Below, in pieces: positions 59,183-64,000 of a DNA stretch of 64,000 nucleotides. The DNA is from Longimicrobiales bacterium. Its GTDB lineage: Bacteria; Gemmatimonadota; Gemmatimonadetes; Longimicrobiales; Gaopeijiaceae. Position 1 is the first letter of the stretch. Each line of letters opens with the position of its first letter. The stretch covers positions 96,001 through 160,000 of the forward strand of contig JAWLHJ010000004.1 of assembly GCA_041690395.1 (NCBI GenBank). Reading direction: 5' to 3'. The notes under the pieces are model-generated. The model searched no databases. It had not been told where the DNA came from and was given only the letters and a program-made list of their open reading frames with translations. Made by a program: the position numbers and the translations under genes.

Positions 59183-59361
59183 TTCGGTTTCCCTCGGTCC
59201 GTAGAAATGGTCACGGGCCCCGTCATGACTTGGATCCTCACTGCGGTGGAGGCTTCCGGACGGAGCGGGATTTCATTGTTTGCGCCGTTCTGGCGCTCCC
59301 GAAGCTAGCGCAACGGTTGGCGGGGCGGTAGGCGCGGAACCGCGTCAGCCCTGGCCTACGT

Positions 59362-60564
59362 TTACGTCGAGGCCTGGTGTAGCGCTTCGATGAGGGTCGG
59401 GTATCGCTCGAGACCCCACTTGAACTCGTCCACGGATATGCGCTCCCGGTTGGTGTGCGCGTAGTGCTCCTCCCCGGGCGCGAAGCCCATGGTCGGGATT
59501 CCGTGCACCCCACACGTCCAGCCGCCATCGGTGGCGAAGCGCCACGGGCGGATGCGAGCCGGTCGGTCGGCGTCGTCGCGCGTGCCCACGGCCGCCGCGG
59601 CCGCAACGATCGCCGGGTGATCGGGGTCCACCAGAAATCCGGGGCTGAACATGTCCCGAGACCGCTCGAACCCGGTGTAGGTCCGCTGATGGACCGAAGC
59701 GATCCGCACCTCCACGCCGCACCCTTCCGGTGCCTCGGGAATCCGGCCGCGCACGGCGCGCTGAAGGCGGGCCAGAAGCTCCTCGGGCGTGTCGTTCGGC
59801 AGCACCCGCCAGTCCACGGCGATGACCACCTGGTCCGGGATCACGTTCCGGGTCTCGGGGACGACGTCGATCATGGTCGCCACAGCCGTGGAGCCGCCCA
59901 GGAGCGCGTCGGTCGGCTGGTCGGCCTCGAGGTCGCGCACGGCGGCAAGAGCGTCCCCGACCAGGTCGAGAGCGTTCCTGGCTCGGGACGGCTCGCTCGC
60001 GTGCCCCGCCCTTCCCCGAATCACGATCTCGAGCTCCGCGCGTCCCCGGTGGCCGATGCACACGTCGCCGTGCGTGGCCTCGCCGATGACCACCCAGGCT
60101 GGCTCGAAGTCCCCGGACTCGAGCAGCACCTTCATGCCGAGGCCGCCCTGCTCCTCGAGCACCGTGTGCGCCACGATGACGTCTCCGGAGGCCCGCCCCG
60201 CCATGGCCGCGGCCGCGTACGTCTGCACCGCCAGCGGCCCCTTGATGTCCATCGCGCCCCGGCCGTGCAGATACCCATCCTCGACCACACCCGCAAACGG
60301 CGGGTGCTCCCACTCGGCGGGGTCGCCGGCCGCCACCATGTCGAGATGACAGGCGAGCATGACCGGCGGAGCGGCCCCGTTCCCCTTCACTACACCGATT
60401 ACGTTGCCGACGTCGTCGACCCGCACGTCACGAAGTCCCAACGCACGCATCTCGGCTTCGACGAGCTCGGCGACCCTCTGCTCGTCCCCCGGGAGCCCGG
60501 GCGTCTGGATGAGCCTCGACGCGAAGTCGAGCGCGTTCTCGAAGGAAGCTTCTTTGATGGTCAT
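59362..60564 (-). CDS. M20/DapE/YgeY-like metallo-hydrolase
   Basis: HLD, HGRGAMDIKG, EE, GE, G..GHAS.P, ATDG, AHT..E. Confidence 0.9.
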   Translation of the reverse strand: MTIKEASFENALDFASRLIQTPGLPGDEQRVAELVEAEMRALGLRDVRVDDVGNVIGVVKGNGAAPPVMLACHLDMVAAGDPAEWEHPPFAGVVEDGYLHGRGAMDIKGPLAVQTYAAAAMAGRASGDVIVAHTVLEEQGGLGMKVLLESGDFEPAWVVIGEATHGDVCIGHRGRAELEIVIRGRAGHASEPSRARNALDLVGDALAAVRDLEADQPTDALLGGSTAVATMIDVVPETRNVIPDQVVIAVDWRVLPNDTPEELLARLQRAVRGRIPEAPEGCGVEVRIASVHQRTYTGFERSRDMFSPGFLVDPDHPAIVAAAAAVGTRDDADRPARIRPWRFATDGGWTCGVHGIPTMGFAPGEEHYAHTNRERISVDEFKWGLERYPTLIEALHQAST

Positions 60565-60579
60565 GGGGCCCCCGAACGC

Positions 60580-62706
60580 TTAGCCGAAGATCCCGGTGAT
60601 GAAGTCCGCGAGCCATGTGGTGGCGTCCGGATCGACGTCGATGCCGTGCACCCGCGCGAACCACGGCGCGAGCACGAGCGCCACCACGCTCATCAGCTTG
60701 ATGAGGATGTTGAGCGAGGGACCGGACGTGTCCTTGAACGGATCGCCCACAGTGTCACCGACGACCGCCGCCTTGTGGGCGTCGGACCCCTTTCCGCCGT
60801 GCGCGCCGCCCTCGATGTACTTCTTCGCGTTGTCCCACGCGCCCCCGGCGTTGGCCATGAACAGCGCCATGAGCACGCCGGTCACGGTCGCACCGGCGAG
60901 CAGGCCGCCGAGCGCCTCGACGCCGAGGAAGTATCCTACGACGACCGGGGCGAAGACCGCGGTGACGCCCGGAAGCACCATCTCGCGAAGCGCGGCACGG
61001 GTGGAGATGTCGACGCAGCGCGCCGAGTCGGGCTTGGCCGTTCCTTCCATGATGCCCGGGATCTCCCGGAACTGGCGCCGGACTTCCTCGACCATGCCGG
61101 CAGCGGCGCGGCCCACGGCCGTCATCGTGAGCGCAGCCACGAAGAACGGTAGCGCGCCCCCGAGGAACAGCCCCACCACCACGACCGGATCGACAATGTC
61201 GATGCCGGTCGTCTGGAGTCCGACCTTCGACGAGTAGGCGCTGAACAGGGCGAGCGCGGTCAGCGCCGCCGAGCCGATCGCGAAGCCCTTACCTATCGCC
61301 GCGGTCGTGTTACCGATCGCGTCGAGCGAGTCGGTGATCGCGCGGGTCTCGGGGCCGAGGCCGGCCATCTCGCTGATGCCACCCGCGTTGTCCGCGATCG
61401 GTCCGTACGCGTCGACCGACATGGTTACGCCGACCGTGGCGAGCATGCCGACGGCCGCGATGCCGATCCCGTACAGACCGGCGAAGAAGAAGGAGACGCC
61501 GATCGCGATGCAGATCAGGATGACCGGAATGACGGTCGACTCCATCCCGATCGCGAGGCCCGTGATGATGTTCGTCGCCGCGCCCGTCTCGCTGGACTGG
61601 GCGATCTTCTTGACCGGCCCGAACGCCGTGTAGTACTCGGTCACGAGGCCGATCGAGATCCCGACGAGCGTACCGGCCACGAGCGCGATCCAGGGGCCGA
61701 TCGCGGGATAGACCCGACCGGACGCGGCTTCGGCGAACGTGATGCCGAGCGACTGGATCACGAAGAACATGATCGCCAGGAAGAGCCCCGCCGCGATGAA
61801 CGTCACGTTGCGGAGCGCGGCGGCCGGGTTGGTCCGCTCCAGCATCTTCATCATGCCGATGCCGAGCAGGGAGGCGAGGAGCCCCACCATGACCGTGATG
61901 ATCGGGAGTGCCACGGCCTCGGCGCGGTGCGCCACCAGTACCGGGGCGGTCGCCGCGATGGCGATGGTCGCCACGATCGAGCCGACGTAAGACTCGAAGA
62001 TGTCCGCGCCCATGCCGGCCACGTCACCGACGTTGTCACCCACGTTGTCGGCGATGGTCGCCGGGTTCCGGGGATCATCCTCCGGGATACCCGCCTCGAC
62101 CTTACCCACCAGGTCCGCACCCACGTCGGCCGCCTTCGTGTAGATGCCGCCGCCGACCCGCGCGAAGAGCGCGATCGTGCTGGCGCCCATCGCGAAGCCG
62201 GAGATGATCTCGGCGAAGTTCGAGAAGTCGAGCCCGGTGATCGCGTCCGCGGCGTAGAGCGCGTAGAGGACGCCCAGACCGAGCAACCCGAGAGACGCCA
62301 CGGCCAGCCCCATCACCGCGCCTCCGAAGAACGCGATCCGGAGCGCCTTGCCCTGACCCTCGGTGTTCGCCGCGGCCGACGTGCGGGTGTTGGCTCGCGT
62401 CGCCGCCTTCATGCCGATGAACCCGGCCGCGACCGAGCTGATGGCGCCGAAGACATACGCGATCGCAGGCATCGTGCCGATGGCGAGACTCAGCAGCACC
62501 GCGACGATGGCCACGAACACCGCGAGCACCGAGTACTCGCGGCGCAGGAAGGCCATCGCGCCGTCGTGGATCTGCTCCCCGAGGTCGATCATGACCTCGT
62601 TTCCGGGAGGCTGCTTCTTCACGTAGCCGTAGATGAACAGCGCGACGCCGAGTCCGGCGGCGCCGAGAATCCACGCCCAGTTGGTGAATACGACGAGGTC
62701 GGTCAT
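60580..62706 (-). CDS. hppA: Membrane-integral pyrophosphatase, K+-dependent, probably Na+-translocating
   Basis: [52 protein letters not shown]. Confidence 0.96.
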   Translation of the reverse strand: MTDLVVFTNWAWILGAAGLGVALFIYGYVKKQPPGNEVMIDLGEQIHDGAMAFLRREYSVLAVFVAIVAVLLSLAIGTMPAIAYVFGAISSVAAGFIGMKAATRANTRTSAAANTEGQGKALRIAFFGGAVMGLAVASLGLLGLGVLYALYAADAITGLDFSNFAEIISGFAMGASTIALFARVGGGIYTKAADVGADLVGKVEAGIPEDDPRNPATIADNVGDNVGDVAGMGADIFESYVGSIVATIAIAATAPVLVAHRAEAVALPIITVMVGLLASLLGIGMMKMLERTNPAAALRNVTFIAAGLFLAIMFFVIQSLGITFAEAASGRVYPAIGPWIALVAGTLVGISIGLVTEYYTAFGPVKKIAQSSETGAATNIITGLAIGMESTVIPVILICIAIGVSFFFAGLYGIGIAAVGMLATVGVTMSVDAYGPIADNAGGISEMAGLGPETRAITDSLDAIGNTTAAIGKGFAIGSAALTALALFSAYSSKVGLQTTGIDIVDPVVVVGLFLGGALPFFVAALTMTAVGRAAAGMVEEVRRQFREIPGIMEGTAKPDSARCVDISTRAALREMVLPGVTAVFAPVVVGYFLGVEALGGLLAGATVTGVLMALFMANAGGAWDNAKKYIEGGAHGGKGSDAHKAAVVGDTVGDPFKDTSGPSLNILIKLMSVVALVLAPWFARVHGIDVDPDATTWLADFITGIFG

Positions 62707-62795
62707 GGGATCAGTCTTCCCCTGTTCGTCCGTCTCTAGGAATCGATGGAACCGTGCTTACCGTGGGCGCCACGCTCTCGCGTGAGGCGTCCCCG

Positions 62796-63359
62796 CTAGC
62801 GATTGAAGCGGTTCATGGCCGCTTCCACGCCCTCCGTCATCCAGACTTCGACTGCCTCCGTGAGCTCGGGCAGCAGTCCGACCACCACATCTTCGTCCTC
62901 TGCCGGCATCGGCGACAGGACCCAATCCGCCAGATCCACGCCACTCGGCCGCTGACCGACTCCGATGCGGAGTCGCGCGTAATCGTCCGAGCGCAGCGCG
63001 CCCGACACCGATTTGAGCCCGTTGTGCCCCCCCGCGCTTCCGGAGGGGCGCAACCGGACCCGTCCCACGTCGATCGCGGCGTCGTCCACCACGACCAGCA
63101 GATCGGTTTCCGGATCGAAGCCGTCCAGGTCCTCGAGGACCCTCAGTGCCGCCCCGCTCCGGTTCATGTATGTCGTGGGCTTCAGGAGCATCACACGCTC
63201 TTCGCCCACCGTTCCCTCCGTCGTCCAGGCCGGCCCGCTGCGCCGAAACGACGGTAGGTCCCAGTCGTAGGCCAGTCGGTCCACGAGCCACCACCCGACG
63301 TTGTGCCGGGTGGCGTCGTAGTCCGGGCCCGGGTTTCCGAGCCCCAGCACGATCTTCAC
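62796..63359 (-). CDS. pth: Peptidyl-tRNA hydrolase
   Basis: GLGNPG..Y..TRHNVG, KPTTYMNRSG, GGHNGLKS, RLRIGVG. Confidence 0.98.
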   Translation of the reverse strand: MKIVLGLGNPGPDYDATRHNVGWWLVDRLAYDWDLPSFRRSGPAWTTEGTVGEERVMLLKPTTYMNRSGAALRVLEDLDGFDPETDLLVVVDDAAIDVGRVRLRPSGSAGGHNGLKSVSGALRSDDYARLRIGVGQRPSGVDLADWVLSPMPAEDEDVVVGLLPELTEAVEVWMTEGVEAAMNRFNR

Positions 63360-63395
63360 GATCCGGACCGGCCTCGAGCGACTGCCAGCGCGAGC

Positions 63396-64000
63396 CTACT
63401 CCTCGCTCTCGCCTTCCTCGCCCTCGCCCTCGGACTCCTCGGCCGCTTCCTCGCCCTCGAGCTCCAACTCGTCCTCGAGCTCGTCCTCGTCCTCGTCCTC
63501 TTCGATGAGGGCACGCGGCACGGAGACCGAGCAGACCGTCCGCTCGCCGGGCAGCTGGATCTCGACGCCTTCCTCGACCGGCAGATCGGACACGTGAAGA
63601 ACGTCGTTGAGGCCCATGCCCGACACGTCGAGCTCGATCGACTCCGGAATGGCGGACGGGATGCACGAGATCGGGATGTCGTGGATCGTCTGCTCGAGCA
63701 CGCCGCCCTCGTCCTTCACGCCGACAGGCGTACCGACGAGGTGCAGCGGTACGTTGACGTCGACCATGACCCCAGCCTGAATGCGGAGGAAGTCGACGTG
63801 CACCAGCGTCCCCTTCCAGGGGTGCGTCTGGATCTCACGCACCAGCGTCTGGTGGGGCTCCTTGTCGCCCTCGACCTGAAGCTGGATGATCGTGTTGTCC
63901 ACGGGGATCGAGCGGAACAGCAGGTCGGCCTCGTGGCCGTCCACCGCGATGTGGATGGCGTCCATGTCGCGGCCGTAGAGGACGGCGGGAATCTTGCCGG
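63396..64000 (-). CDS. rplY: 50S ribosomal protein bL25/Ctc (5' end outside window)
   Basis: GKIPAVLYG at the window edge, HVDFLR, VPL.L.G.P.GVK.GG, IPESIELDVS; acidic tail; upstream of pth. Confidence 0.95.
   Translation of the reverse strand, partial: GKIPAVLYGRDMDAIHIAVDGHEADLLFRSIPVDNTIIQLQVEGDKEPHQTLVREIQTHPWKGTLVHVDFLRIQAGVMVDVNVPLHLVGTPVGVKDEGGVLEQTIHDIPISCIPSAIPESIELDVSGMGLNDVLHVSDLPVEEGVEIQLPGERTVCSVSVPRALIEEDEDEDELEDELELEGEEAAEESEGEGEEGESEE

Noticed and set aside
1..64000. Mobile elements, prophage, CRISPR, defence islands, tRNA or rRNA
   Set aside because: No integrase, transposase, cas gene, repeat-spacer array, cloverleaf or low-GC island seen; genes are tightly packed core functions.

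Overview
A very GC-rich bacterial chromosomal segment made almost entirely of core housekeeping genes. Gene content and order suggest Gemmatimonadota, but that is inference. It holds gatC-pcrA-HK-serS; a glmU-like/MBL operon; rplM-rpsI-rpsB-tsf-pyrH-frr-cdsA-dxr-rseP; a short sigma70 gene with lepB; an NtrX-like regulator; thpR, comM/yifB and a three-gene pnt transhydrogenase; a large NtrY-like kinase followed by an RsbRD_N-like protein and an aromatic amino-acid decarboxylase; a TolC/MacA/2xMacB exporter; bshB1; iscS-mnmA; grpE-dnaJ; ffs-dnaX-ybaB-recR-mglA-pgsA-cinA; aroF; smc; the rpsF/rpsR-rplI-rsfS block; a Na+-type pyrophosphatase; pth and rplY. I saw no mobile element, CRISPR array, tRNA or rRNA. 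The most striking observation is one uninterrupted ORF fusing ribosomal proteins bS6 and bS18 through a poly-acidic linker, with a Cys-free S18 half. Other notable points: an SRP RNA with a non-GNRA apical loop, an mglA GTPase with no mglB beside it, a decarboxylase that appears to start at CTG, uppS cleanly missing from the frr-cdsA junction, a creatininase homologue with substituted metal ligands, and a tail-anchored degenerate MinD/CpsD-like protein directly upstream of smc. All family calls come from motif recognition by eye, not from database searches.
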